A stretch of DNA of 47,119 nt from Asaia bogorensis (GTDB lineage Bacteria; Pseudomonadota; Alphaproteobacteria; Acetobacterales; Acetobacteraceae). Location: contig CAMCEP010000001.1 of NCBI GenBank assembly GCA_945873675.1, forward strand, positions 1 to 47,119, read 5' to 3'. Numbering within the stretch: position 1 is the first letter of the stretch; each line of letters starts with the position of its first letter. The translations under genes were made by a program, and so were the position numbers. The notes beneath the pieces are model-generated. The model was not told where the DNA came from. It did no database searches and saw nothing but the letters and a program-made list of their open reading frames with translations. Below, piece by piece: positions 25,221-35,119 of this stretch.

Positions 25221-26291
25221 ATGGCAGGCGCAGGTGGCGACGCGGAAGGCGGCCAGGACAAAACAGAAGAAGCAACGCCAAGGCGCATCGAAAAAGCGCG
25301 GGAGGAAGGCCAAATCGTCATGTCGCGGGAGGTGGTAAGCTTCCTCGCACTTGGCGCCGCGCTGATCGGGATGGTGTTTGGCCTGCCGCCGCTTGGGCAT
25401 GAATTGATGCGCGGCATGCGTGGCGTGCTGGAAAACGGACATCAATTGCAGGTCGGCCTGGTGGCGACAGAAATGATGCGCCTTGGGCTGCTTGCCGTCC
25501 TCCCGGTCATGGCCTTGGGCATGATCGGCGCCATCGCCGGCACTATGCTGCAAAGCCGCGGATTGGTTTCGGCCAAGGGGCTGAAGCCGCAATTCTCCCG
25601 CCTCAGCCCCGCTTCTGGCATCAAGCGCTTGGTGGGCCCGGATGGCGGCATCGAATTCCTGCGCACGCTCATCAAGCTTGCGGTGGTTTGCGCGGCACTT
25701 TGGTGGGCGCTTGGTGATCCGCGTGAATTGCGCGCAGCACTTTCGCTCGGGCCTGGTGATCTGCTGCGCCTGATCATGCGCGCTTCGCTCGATCTATTCA
25801 TTGCGGCATTAGTCGCTTTTGCCGGTATCGCGGTGCTGGATTATCTGGTGGTGCGCTTTCGCCATTTGCACCGTCTGCGTATGACCCGCCAGGAATTGCG
25901 TGAGGAAGTGAAGGAAAGCGAAGGCGACCCGATGATTAAGGGGCGCATCCGCAATTTGCGCATGGCGCGGGCGCGGCGGCGCATGATGGCGGCGGTACCC
26001 AAGGCGGCGGTGGTGATCACCAACCCAACCCATTATGCCGTGGCGCTGGCCTATGATGAGAATTCGCAGGCTGCGCCAAAAGTGGTGGCGAAGGGAATGG
26101 AAGCGGTCGCGGCACGCATCCGCGCCTTGGCTGAAGAATCAAATGTGCCGCTGGTTTCCAACCCGCCCTTGGCGCGGGCGCTATTCAAGCTGGAATTGGA
26201 TACCGAAATCCCGGCCGAACATTATCAAGCAGTGGCGGAAATCATCGCGTATGTTTGGCGCCTGCGCGGCCGCGCTGGGGCGGCAGCGTGA
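25221..26291 (+). CDS. flhB: flagellar export switch protein FlhB
   Basis: DKTEEATPRR, KESEGDP, NPTH autocleavage motif, PPLARAL. Confidence 0.97.
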   Translation: MAGAGGDAEGGQDKTEEATPRRIEKAREEGQIVMSREVVSFLALGAALIGMVFGLPPLGHELMRGMRGVLENGHQLQVGLVATEMMRLGLLAVLPVMALGMIGAIAGTMLQSRGLVSAKGLKPQFSRLSPASGIKRLVGPDGGIEFLRTLIKLAVVCAALWWALGDPRELRAALSLGPGDLLRLIMRASLDLFIAALVAFAGIAVLDYLVVRFRHLHRLRMTRQELREEVKESEGDPMIKGRIRNLRMARARRRMMAAVPKAAVVITNPTHYAVALAYDENSQAAPKVVAKGMEAVAARIRALAEESNVPLVSNPPLARALFKLELDTEIPAEHYQAVAEIIAYVWRLRGRAGAAA

Positions 26292-27808
26292 GCGGGCGCG
26301 GCGAAGCGGCTGCGGATTCATTCCGAAGGCTTTTCGAATCCGAAGAAGAAGCCGGGCTTGCCGTCTTGGATTCGGAAGGGCGCATCCGGGCAGCGAGCAC
26401 CGTGCTCGAAAGGCTTTGCGCCAATGGCCCGGCACCGGGACCTGGGCGCGACCCCGCCGCCTTGTTTGCTCAAGCCAGCCAGGATGCGGTGCGCCAGATC
26501 ATTGCTGTCGCCCTGGCGGGTCCGCCAGCGCCGCCGGCGATTGAGGCGCAGCTTGCCGCACCTGATCAAGCACCGGATGCGGCGGTGGAGGTGCATTGCC
26601 GCCCCTTACGCGGTGAGCAAGGCGCCTTGCTCCGCGTATTGGACATCACGGCGCGGCGGCGGCGCCAAGCGCAGCTGGAAGAAGCGGCGCGGCTGGAAGC
26701 GGTTGGCCGGCTTGCCGGCGGCGTTGCGCATGATTTCAACAATCTGCTGGCCGCCGTGGGTGCGGCGGCGGAAACCGCCCTGGCACGAGGGCAGGATGGC
26801 GCAACAGCTGAGGATTTGCGCCAGATTTTGGATAGTGCCGGGCGCGGCGCGCGGCTGGTGCGCCAGCTTTTGGCCTTTGCCAGTCGGCAAGCCGTGCAAC
26901 CGCGCGTGGTTGCCCTGGATCGCGCGGTGGATGGCATGGCGCCGCTGCTCGCACGGCTATTGGGTCGGCGCATTCCGATCACGCTTGATCTTGAACGCCC
27001 AGGCCCCTGCGCGCGCGTGGACCCAAGCCATATTGACCAGGCGCTGATGAACCTGGCGGTGAATGCGCGTGATGCCATGCCACAAGGCGGCAAGCTGCAT
27101 ATCTCCGTCCTAAGCCGCGACCTTGAAGGGCCGGAACCGGCACAGGGCGGCACCATCGCCCCTGGTCCTTGGGCCATCTTGGAAGTGCAGGATGAAGGTG
27201 CGGGGATGGAGCCCGACCTGATCTCTCGCATCTTCGAGCCCTTCTACACCACCAAGCGGGATGGCGGCGGCACAGGGCTTGGGCTTTCGACCGTGCTTGG
27301 CATTCTCAGGCAATCGGGTGGCCATGTATCGGTACGCTCCCGCCCTGGTGAGGGCAGCAGTTTTCGGCTGTGGTTTCCGCGTGTGGCGGCGGAGCCGGAT
27401 AATGCTGTGGCGCATACGCCTGGCCTTCATGCCATTGGTGCCGGGCGGCGGCTTTTGCTGGTGGAAGATGAGGCGCCGCTGCATCGGCTGCTGACCCGTG
27501 CACTGGCAACTGCGGGTTATGAGGTGACGGCGGTAGAAGATGGGGAGGCCGCACTTGGTGCCATTGCCGCCGGCCTGAAGCCTGATCTGGTCATTTCAGA
27601 TATCGCCATGCCCGGCAGTATAGATGGACTGACACTGGCGCGCCGCCTGCGGGAAACACAGCCCGAACTGCCCATTGTCTTGATGTCAGGCTATGCGGAG
27701 GGTACGCTGAGCGGTGAGGTCGTATCCGAGAATTTCCTTTTTCTGCAAAAGCCTTTCCGTATTTCAGAAATGCTGTCGCAGATCGCCGGTGCGCTCACGC
27801 GCCGCTGA
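26288..27808 (+). CDS. CckA-like hybrid histidine kinase (PAS-like, HisKA, HATPase, REC)
   Basis: GTGA overlap with flhB; GRLAGGVAHDFNNLL, NLAVNARDAM, FEPFYTTK, GTGLGL, LVISDIAMPG, FLQKPF. Confidence 0.9.
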   Translation: MSGRGEAAADSFRRLFESEEEAGLAVLDSEGRIRAASTVLERLCANGPAPGPGRDPAALFAQASQDAVRQIIAVALAGPPAPPAIEAQLAAPDQAPDAAVEVHCRPLRGEQGALLRVLDITARRRRQAQLEEAARLEAVGRLAGGVAHDFNNLLAAVGAAAETALARGQDGATAEDLRQILDSAGRGARLVRQLLAFASRQAVQPRVVALDRAVDGMAPLLARLLGRRIPITLDLERPGPCARVDPSHIDQALMNLAVNARDAMPQGGKLHISVLSRDLEGPEPAQGGTIAPGPWAILEVQDEGAGMEPDLISRIFEPFYTTKRDGGGTGLGLSTVLGILRQSGGHVSVRSRPGEGSSFRLWFPRVAAEPDNAVAHTPGLHAIGAGRRLLLVEDEAPLHRLLTRALATAGYEVTAVEDGEAALGAIAAGLKPDLVISDIAMPGSIDGLTLARRLRETQPELPIVLMSGYAEGTLSGEVVSENFLFLQKPFRISEMLSQIAGALTRR

Positions 27809-27826
27809 GTTTTCCCGCTTCCTTAT

Positions 27827-28588
27827 CTACCCCAAGGACTGCGCGATGGCTTCAATATCCGAAGCCGCCGCAGCACTGGGATGGCGCGTCAGCAGGGTTA
27901 CCTGATGGCGGATGGCGTCCCGTACCTTGAGGTCGCGCCGCACAATGCCCGCCAAGGGAATTTCGCGCTTGAGAAAGGCACCAGCCGCGCGGCGCAGCGC
28001 TTCATAGGTGCGCTGCCCGCTGGTGCGGTCATCGGCCATATTCACCACAATCCGCGAAACCCCTTTGGGATTGTCCATGCCGTGCAGTTTCAAAACCGCA
28101 TAGGCATCGGTCAGGCTGGTCGGTTCTTCAGTCGCCACCACCAGCAGCAAATCCGCCGCCGCCGCGGTGCGCCGTTGCGCCATATCAAGCCCAGCGCCCA
28201 GATCAACCACCACATCCTGCCAATGCTGCCTGGCGTAACCGAGCGCCGCCAAGAAGGCATCCAACGCGGCCGGGCTGAGTGAGGCCAAGGCGCCCGAACC
28301 GGAACGCCCCGCCAGCACATCAAACCCGGCATCCGGGATGGGCGTGGCTGCCTCCATGGGCGTCATTTTGCCAGAAAGCACGGCGGAAAGATCGCGCTCC
28401 GGCTGAATGCCAAGCTGTACATCAATATTCGCCAGACCGAGATCAGCATCCGCCAACAGAACGCGCCGGCCGCGGCGCGCCAGTGCCTGGGCAAGGCTGA
28501 TGGAAAAAAATGTCTTGCCGACGCCCCCTTTGCCGGAAGCAACCACGATCATTCGACCTGTTTGGGACGCAAAGCTGCCCTGCGACAT
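27827..28588 (-). CDS. flhG: FlhG/FleN MinD-like ATPase
   Basis: SGKGGVGKT, DADLGLANID, DLGAG, EPTSLTDAYA; follows flhF. Confidence 0.9.
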   Translation of the reverse strand: MSQGSFASQTGRMIVVASGKGGVGKTFFSISLAQALARRGRRVLLADADLGLANIDVQLGIQPERDLSAVLSGKMTPMEAATPIPDAGFDVLAGRSGSGALASLSPAALDAFLAALGYARQHWQDVVVDLGAGLDMAQRRTAAAADLLLVVATEEPTSLTDAYAVLKLHGMDNPKGVSRIVVNMADDRTSGQRTYEALRRAAGAFLKREIPLAGIVRRDLKVRDAIRHQVTLLTRHPSAAAASDIEAIAQSLG

Positions 28589-29520
28589 CAAAGAGTTTCC
28601 TTAACGGACCCAACGGCCCCGCTTTGTGCAGAGTTTTGTGCAGAGTTAAGCAAGCGTAATGCCAACCCTTCTGGTGTGAGAGTTTCGAGCCCATTGGCAA
28701 CTTCAGGGCCGATGCCCGCTTCCGTCAAGGAAAGCGGTCCTGCTTTGGCCGCCATCAAAACACTGCCCAGGCGTCTTGCAGCATCCAGCCTAGTCGGCAG
28801 CAAATGCTGCGCGCCAAGGGCCGCGAAAGCGCGCGCTAAATCGGCCGCTTCTGCCGGGTCAAGTCCCGCTGGCAGCACGACCACCATATCCGCCCCGGCC
28901 TGCATCACCAATTGGCGCAACTGCCGCACCTGATCTTCGTTGAAGGGGTCGCAGCCGGCGGTATCAATCAGCACGGGCTGGCCAGGGCTGCGATGCGCCA
29001 GCGCCTTGGCAAGCATGGCAGGTGTTGGCGCCACCGCCAGCGTCACACCCAAGACACGGGTGAAAGCGGCAAGCTGTTCAACCGCGCCGGCGCGCTGGCC
29101 ATCTGTGGTGATGACCAGTGGCGGCGCATCGGCCAGCACCATGCGTGTGGTTAGCTTCGCAGTGGTCAGGGTTTTGCCCGCACCAGACGGACCCGCGAGG
29201 AGCAAGGGGCGTTCCCGCCCCTCTGGCAGCGCGGTGAAAGCAAAAACCTCAGCCAGGCTTTGCGGCAAGGGGGCTTTTGTCAAAGCCTGGGCAAGGCTTG
29301 AGGGGATATTGTGAAAATCCAGTGGCCCAGGCGGCGCAAAGGATGCAGCGTTCGTGATGGGCTGGATCAGCAATGGCTCATCCGGTTCCAGCGCTGCGGT
29401 GATTTCCACGCCATGGCGGGTGCGGCGCTGTTCCAGAATGATGGCTTCCGCGCCGAGTTCAGCACGCACCTGCGCCATGGCTTCGGCCATATTGGCACCG
29501 TGAAATAGCTTAAGCCGCAT
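28588..29520 (-). CDS. flhF: FlhF SRP-family GTPase (short form)
   Basis: MRLKLF...MAEAMAQVRAELG.EAII N-terminus; GPSGAGKT, DTAG, TRLD. Confidence 0.85.
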   Translation of the reverse strand: MRLKLFHGANMAEAMAQVRAELGAEAIILEQRRTRHGVEITAALEPDEPLLIQPITNAASFAPPGPLDFHNIPSSLAQALTKAPLPQSLAEVFAFTALPEGRERPLLLAGPSGAGKTLTTAKLTTRMVLADAPPLVITTDGQRAGAVEQLAAFTRVLGVTLAVAPTPAMLAKALAHRSPGQPVLIDTAGCDPFNEDQVRQLRQLVMQAGADMVVVLPAGLDPAEAADLARAFAALGAQHLLPTRLDAARRLGSVLMAAKAGPLSLTEAGIGPEVANGLETLTPEGLALRLLNSAQNSAQSGAVGSVKETL

Positions 29521-29571
29521 CCTTCAGCGACCTTTCGCTGCGGCGCGTGGCTGGGGTGGGGGCCGCCGCAT

Positions 29572-31641
29572 TTACAGCGACCCTACCGTGCGGATGCGCG
29601 CACGCGGATGAATTTCGGTATGCGCGAGCACCGGGGTTGAGGGGCGGAAGCGTTCCACAATGGCGCGCACATGCGCGCGAATGGCGCCCGAACAGACCAG
29701 CACAGGCTGTTCGCCCATGGCATTCGCCTTGTCGAAAACATCCCGCAGCTTCTGCATGAAATCCGAAAGCTTGGATGGCGCCATGGCAAGCTGGCGATCA
29801 TCAGCAGGGCCGATCAACGCTTCGGTGAAGGCCACTTCCCAATCGGCTGATAGCGTGATCATCGGCACATAACCCTCAGGCCCGCGCGCCGCATCCGATA
29901 GCTGACGCGCAAGCCGCTGGCGCACAATGGCCAGGATGGAGGCAACGGTTCGCGCGCCGGCCGCATTGGCTTCCTGAATGCCTTCCAGGATCGTCGGCAG
30001 ATCACGAATGGATACCCGTTCCGCGAGCAGGCTTTGCAGAATGCGCTGAATGCCACCAACACCGATCGGCTGCGGCACGAGATCAGACACCAGCTTCTTC
30101 TGTTCCGCCGGCAATTCATCCAGCAATTTTTGCGTTTCAGCGAAGGAAAGCAGCTCCGCCATGTATTCGCGGACAATTTCGGTGATGTGCGTGGCGACCA
30201 CGCCCGCACAATCCACCACGGTGCAGCCGCGCGCCAGCGCTTCCTCTCGTCGGCTTTCATCTATCCATAAGGCGGGCAAGCCGAAGGTAGGTTCCGTGCA
30301 GCGTTCGCCCGGCATATCCGGCGTTCCGCCGGAGGGATCAATCGCAAGCAGCAAGGGATGGCGCAATTGCCCCCTGCCCGCTTCGATTTCCTTGACCTTG
30401 ATGCTGTAGGTATCGGAAGGCAGCACAAGATTATCCTGAATGCGCACGGATGGCAGGACGAAGCCCATCTCCTGCGCGATGGAACGCCTAAGGCCCTTGA
30501 TCTGTTCCGTGAGCCGTGGCGCATCGCCGGCCGCAAGCGACAGCAGCCCATAGCCCAATTCCAGCCGCAGCAAATCCATCTTGAGCGATTCGCCAATCGG
30601 CAAATCTGCTTCTGGCGTCGGCAAGGGGGGCGTGCGCGCGGCAATGTCGCGTTGCTGTTCCTTTTGCATCAGGCGCCAGGCAGCAAAGCCGGCGGCACCT
30701 GCCAGCGCCGTAAAGGGAAGGAAGGGCATGCCGGGCATCAGCGCCATAATGGCCGAGGCGCCGGCAGCAATGGCCAGTGGTTTGGGGCTTGAGGCCAATT
30801 GTTCGACCAGCGCCTGATCCGCCGTGCCTTCCGTGCTGCCCTTGGTGACAACGATACCGGCGGCGACCGAAACCAACAGCGCCGGGATTTGCGTCACCAG
30901 ACCATCGCCCACGGTCAGCATCGAAAAATTGGTGACAGCATCTCCAAAGCTCATGCCGTGGCGCAGGATGCCAATGATGATCCCGCCAATCAGGTTGATC
31001 GCGGTGATAATAAGGCCCGCAATCGCATCGCCGCGCACGAATTTCGCGGCACCATCCATGGCACCATAAAAGCCGGTTTCCGCTTCCAATTCCTTGCGCC
31101 GGGCACGCGCCTGATTTTCGTCAACCAACCCGGCCGAAAGATCGGCATCAATCGCCATCTGCTTGCCCGGCATTGCATCCAAGCTGAAGCGCGCCGCAAC
31201 TTCGGCAATGCGGCCGCTGCCCTTGGTGATGACCACGAAATTCACGATCAGCAGAATGAAGAAGACAATCAACCCAACCGCGACATCGCCCCCCATCAGG
31301 AAGCCACCAAAGGCGGAAATGACATGGCCTGCGGATTCAGGCCCTTCATGCCCATGGGTCAGGATGATGCGCGTGGTGGCCACATTCAGTGACAGCCTGA
31401 GCAGCGTTGTCAGCAGCAGCAATGTCGGGAAGGAAGTGAAATCAAGCGGTCGCTGCAAGAACAGCGACGTCATCAGCACCAGCACCGATAGCGTGATGGA
31501 AACCGCCAAGCCAAGGTCAAGCAGCAGCACCGGCAGCGGGACAATGAGAACAACAAGCAGCAGCGCGACGCCAAGCGCCAGCGCCACGTCATTGCCGGGC
31601 TGGGCACGTTTTAACCAGGAAGGAACCAGCGTTTCCGACAC
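29572..31641 (-). CDS. flhA: flagellar export apparatus protein FlhA
   Basis: RIAEVAARFSLDAMPGKQMAIDADL, FYGAMDGAAKFVRGDA, GDGLVTQIP; GTG start. Confidence 0.97.
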   Translation of the reverse strand: MSETLVPSWLKRAQPGNDVALALGVALLLVVLIVPLPVLLLDLGLAVSITLSVLVLMTSLFLQRPLDFTSFPTLLLLTTLLRLSLNVATTRIILTHGHEGPESAGHVISAFGGFLMGGDVAVGLIVFFILLIVNFVVITKGSGRIAEVAARFSLDAMPGKQMAIDADLSAGLVDENQARARRKELEAETGFYGAMDGAAKFVRGDAIAGLIITAINLIGGIIIGILRHGMSFGDAVTNFSMLTVGDGLVTQIPALLVSVAAGIVVTKGSTEGTADQALVEQLASSPKPLAIAAGASAIMALMPGMPFLPFTALAGAAGFAAWRLMQKEQQRDIAARTPPLPTPEADLPIGESLKMDLLRLELGYGLLSLAAGDAPRLTEQIKGLRRSIAQEMGFVLPSVRIQDNLVLPSDTYSIKVKEIEAGRGQLRHPLLLAIDPSGGTPDMPGERCTEPTFGLPALWIDESRREEALARGCTVVDCAGVVATHITEIVREYMAELLSFAETQKLLDELPAEQKKLVSDLVPQPIGVGGIQRILQSLLAERVSIRDLPTILEGIQEANAAGARTVASILAIVRQRLARQLSDAARGPEGYVPMITLSADWEVAFTEALIGPADDRQLAMAPSKLSDFMQKLRDVFDKANAMGEQPVLVCSGAIRAHVRAIVERFRPSTPVLAHTEIHPRARIRTVGSL

Positions 31642-31646
31642 GCGCT

Positions 31647-33065
31647 TCAGTCAACTGTGGCCGAGGCCGGCATCTGCCCAGGAATGGGTGGTACCGTCAC
31701 ACCTGCCGCGCGATACTCATGCAGCTTGTTGCGCAAGGTACGGATGGAAATGCCGAGCATTTCCGCCGCCCGCGTGCGATTGCCAAGACAATGGGAAAGG
31801 GTTTCCAGGATCAGTTCCCGCTCCACCTCCTCCATCCGGCGCCCCACCAAGGCCGCTGCGCTGCGCGGTGCAGGTGGCGTGGCCGCAGGTGGTGCTGGCG
31901 CCAATGGTGGCGGCGAAGCTTCCGGCATGGCAGCCGTGATCGGGGCCGCCATGGCAGCAACGCTGCTGGGTGTCATCAATTCAATCGCATCGGCGCCAAT
32001 GGCGCTGCCTTCAGCCAAAAGCACAGCTCGGTGGATGGCATTTTCCAATTCGCGCACGTTGCCGGGCCAGGGATGGCGCAGCAGCATGCCCTCAGCTTCC
32101 GGCGAAAGCGGGCGAAAGGGCAGGCCATTGGCCTGGGCGTAGCGTTCGGCAAAATAGCGCGCGAGCGGCAGGATATCAGCCGGCCTTTCGCGGAGCGATG
32201 GAATACGCAGCCGCACCACGGCCAGGCGGAAGTAAAGGTCTTCGCGAAAGCGCCCCTTGGCGACTTCGGCCTGAAGGTCACGATGCGTGGCCGCCAGAAT
32301 GCGAACATCAACGCGAATTGGCGCGCCACCGCCCAGGCGATCTATTTCGCGTTCCTGGATGGCACGCAGGATCTTGGCCTGAAGGCGGGGATCCATTTCG
32401 CCTATTTCATCGAGCAAAAGGGTGCCGCCATTGGCCTGTTCGAACTTGCCCTTGCGCGCCGCGACGGCGCCGGAAAAGGCGCCTTTCTCATGGCCGAATA
32501 ATTCGCTTTCCAGCAGCGCTTCCGGCAGCGCGGCGCAATTCAGCGCGACAAAGGGGCCATTGGCGCGGCGTGATGTGGCGTGCATATGCCGCGCCAGCAC
32601 TTCCTTCCCTGTACCGCTTTCGCCCGTGATCAGCACCGATGCATCGGCGCGCGCGATCTGGGTGGCGCGATCAAGTAGCGCCACCATGGACGGGTCCTTG
32701 ACCACGGGCTTGTCCGCCTCACCCGCCACGGTTTGCAGCATGGCGGCGATCAATTCCGCATCCGGCGGCAAAGGCAGGAATTCCTTGGCGCCTGCGCGGA
32801 TCGCGCGCACCGCGGCTTCCGCATCATTGGGTCGGCCACAGGCGATCACGGGGCAGGCGATGCGTTCTTCCGCCAGGCAGGAAATCAGCCAGCCCACATC
32901 ATGCGTCACATCACAAAGCACCAGATCGGCACCATCGGCCCGCAGCTTCGCAAGCCCGGCGGCTGCCCCTTCGGCGACCGTGAGGCGCGCCCCGCGTGCG
33001 ACCGCAATGCGCGCCGCCTGGCCGAGTTCGGCTTCCAAAGACCCGATGATCAGAACACGCGCCAT
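31647..33065 (-). CDS. flbD: sigma54-dependent flagellar activator FlbD
   Basis: Degenerate REC; GESGTGKE, ESELFGHEKGAFSGA, LLLDEIGE, WPGNVRELEN; HTH GNRTRAAEMLGISIRTLRNKL; between fliN and flhA. Confidence 0.9.
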   Translation of the reverse strand: MARVLIIGSLEAELGQAARIAVARGARLTVAEGAAAGLAKLRADGADLVLCDVTHDVGWLISCLAEERIACPVIACGRPNDAEAAVRAIRAGAKEFLPLPPDAELIAAMLQTVAGEADKPVVKDPSMVALLDRATQIARADASVLITGESGTGKEVLARHMHATSRRANGPFVALNCAALPEALLESELFGHEKGAFSGAVAARKGKFEQANGGTLLLDEIGEMDPRLQAKILRAIQEREIDRLGGGAPIRVDVRILAATHRDLQAEVAKGRFREDLYFRLAVVRLRIPSLRERPADILPLARYFAERYAQANGLPFRPLSPEAEGMLLRHPWPGNVRELENAIHRAVLLAEGSAIGADAIELMTPSSVAAMAAPITAAMPEASPPPLAPAPPAATPPAPRSAAALVGRRMEEVERELILETLSHCLGNRTRAAEMLGISIRTLRNKLHEYRAAGVTVPPIPGQMPASATVD

Positions 33066-33066
33066 A

Positions 33067-33393
33067 TCACCCGCCGCGGTCTGACTTCACGATTTCCGTC
33101 ATGGTGATGCCTAGGCGATTATCATCCACCATCACCACTTCGCCGCGTGCCACGAGGCGGTTGTTGACGTAGATGTCAACCGCTTCACCCAGCCGACGGT
33201 CCAATTCTACCACCGCACCACGGCCGAGTTTCAGCAATTGGCTGACCTGCATGGTGGCGCGGCCCAGTACGGCGCTGATCTGCACCGGAATATCATAGAC
33301 CGCATCAAGATCGCGCATGGTGCCGGTTTGGCCTTGCGTGCGCTGATCCTGCGCCGGCGGCGCTATGGCTTCGAAATTATCCGATCCACTCAT
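33067..33393 (-). CDS. fliN: flagellar motor switch protein FliN
   Basis: DIPVQISAVLG, GAVVELDR..GE.VDIYVNNRLVARGEVV. Confidence 0.96.
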   Translation of the reverse strand: MSGSDNFEAIAPPAQDQRTQGQTGTMRDLDAVYDIPVQISAVLGRATMQVSQLLKLGRGAVVELDRRLGEAVDIYVNNRLVARGEVVMVDDNRLGITMTEIVKSDRGG

Positions 33394-33461
33394 GTCATTT
33401 TGTCCTAAAGCTTTGGGCTTTCCGAAGGTGAGCCTGTTTCAGATGAAGGCCCAACGCCAGA

Positions 33462-34121
33462 TCATCCCCTTTGAATTTCGGGTTGCAGATCAAGACCGGC
33501 GGCACAGAGCGCCTCGGCGATCGTTGAGCGTCGCCTCGCAAGATCAAACTCGGCGCCACCGCCCTGCCAGGTAGCGCGGGCATCGCCCGGGGTAAGACCG
33601 GCGTCGGGAACCAAGGTGACGGCAAGATCGCCGACCAAGGCGCGCACATCTTCGATCAGGCTAGGCGCGACATGCAAATGCGCCTCAGGCAGGAAGCCTA
33701 ATGCCGGGCGCAGCCTTTCAGCGAAATCGGCAACCAAGGCAGCGCTTTGCTGCGCGGCAAGTCCGGGTAGCGCCGCATCCAGCATGGCAAGGGCTACGCG
33801 CGCGACACCCCTGCTCGCCTCAGCGGCGATTTCGGCTGAGGCTTGCCGGCTGGCGGCCAGACTATTGGCGATGTGTGTCAGGCTTTCCGAAGCGCGTTGC
33901 GCCGCTTCCTGGGTCATGGAAGCGCGGCCGGCGGCAAAACCATCCTCCCGCGCCGCGGCGGCCACGGCGCGGAGCGTTTCTTCCATGGGATCGGGCTCTG
34001 GCGGCGGCGGTGGCATGCGGGCCGCTTCCGCCCGTGCCGCGTCCAAAGCTTCGATCAGCGACGTGGGGGCGAAATCCCGCACAAGCGCCATGCGCGAGAC
34101 AGGAACAAAACTGCTGGACAT
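33462..34121 (-). CDS. fliH: FliH-like flagellar assembly protein
   Basis: Between fliG and fliN; AREDGFAAG (GxxxG) and DAGLTPGDARATW.GGGA. Confidence 0.75.
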   Translation of the reverse strand: MSSSFVPVSRMALVRDFAPTSLIEALDAARAEAARMPPPPPEPDPMEETLRAVAAAAREDGFAAGRASMTQEAAQRASESLTHIANSLAASRQASAEIAAEASRGVARVALAMLDAALPGLAAQQSAALVADFAERLRPALGFLPEAHLHVAPSLIEDVRALVGDLAVTLVPDAGLTPGDARATWQGGGAEFDLARRRSTIAEALCAAGLDLQPEIQRG

Positions 34122-35119
34122 CAATACACCATCTCATCCTCACGCCCTTCCTGGAGCGTGATCTGGCCTTGCGCCGCAAGATCTTTCGCCATCACCACCA
34201 CAGCGGCCTGCGCCTCATCCACTTCACGCAACCGCACCGGGCCTATATTGGCAAGGTCTTCCTTGAACATCTTTCCCGCACGTTCGCTCATGTTCTTGAA
34301 GAAGAGATCGCGCAGATTTTCCGAGGCGCCCTTCAGTGCCAGCAGCAGCTGTTCCTTGGGCACATTACGGATAAGCATCTGCACACCCTGACCATCCAGG
34401 CGCACCAGGTCATCGAAGGTGAACATCAGGGCGCGGATACGCTCAGCGGCATCTCGGTTGCGTTCTTCCAGCGCTGCCAGGATGCGGCTTTCGGATTGGC
34501 GATCCAGGTTGTTGAAGATTTCCGCCATCATTTCATGTGCGTCGCGGCGCTGCGCGCGCGCCAGATTGGACATAAATTCAGCCTTCAGGGTTTTCTCTAC
34601 CCCTTCCAGCGCTTCCTTTTGCACGCTTTCCATCCGCAGCATGCGCATAACCACTTCCATGGCGAAGCTTTCCGGCAACATGGAAAGCACCCGCGCCGCA
34701 TGTTCGGATTTCACCTTGGTCAGCACCACGGCCACCGTTTGTGGATATTCATTCTTCAGGTAATTCGCCAGCACCGCTTCATTCACATTGCCAAGCTTGT
34801 CCCACATGGTACGCCCGGCAGGACCGCGAATTTCCTCCATAATCTGTGCTACGCGTTCCCTTGGCAGGGTCCGCAACAACATGCGCTCAGTGGTTTCCCA
34901 GGTACCAACAAGATTGCCTGTTTGGCCGAGGGAATCGGTGAATTCCCGTGCCAGATCCTCGACCGCCGTAGCGGGCACGGTGCCAAGGCTAGCCATGGCC
35001 TGAGAGATATCCCGGATCTCATCCTCATGCATCATGGCAAAAAGCTTGGAAGCATGCTCCTCACCAACCGCAAGCATGAAGGTGGCGGCCTTTTGCGGGC
35101 CGTTCATCTTGCCGCTCAT
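34121..35119 (-). CDS. fliG: flagellar motor switch protein FliG
   Basis: EYPQTVA, MFTFDDL, NMSERA, VDEAQ; ATGA overlap with fliF. Confidence 0.97.
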   Translation of the reverse strand: MSGKMNGPQKAATFMLAVGEEHASKLFAMMHEDEIRDISQAMASLGTVPATAVEDLAREFTDSLGQTGNLVGTWETTERMLLRTLPRERVAQIMEEIRGPAGRTMWDKLGNVNEAVLANYLKNEYPQTVAVVLTKVKSEHAARVLSMLPESFAMEVVMRMLRMESVQKEALEGVEKTLKAEFMSNLARAQRRDAHEMMAEIFNNLDRQSESRILAALEERNRDAAERIRALMFTFDDLVRLDGQGVQMLIRNVPKEQLLLALKGASENLRDLFFKNMSERAGKMFKEDLANIGPVRLREVDEAQAAVVVMAKDLAAQGQITLQEGREDEMVY

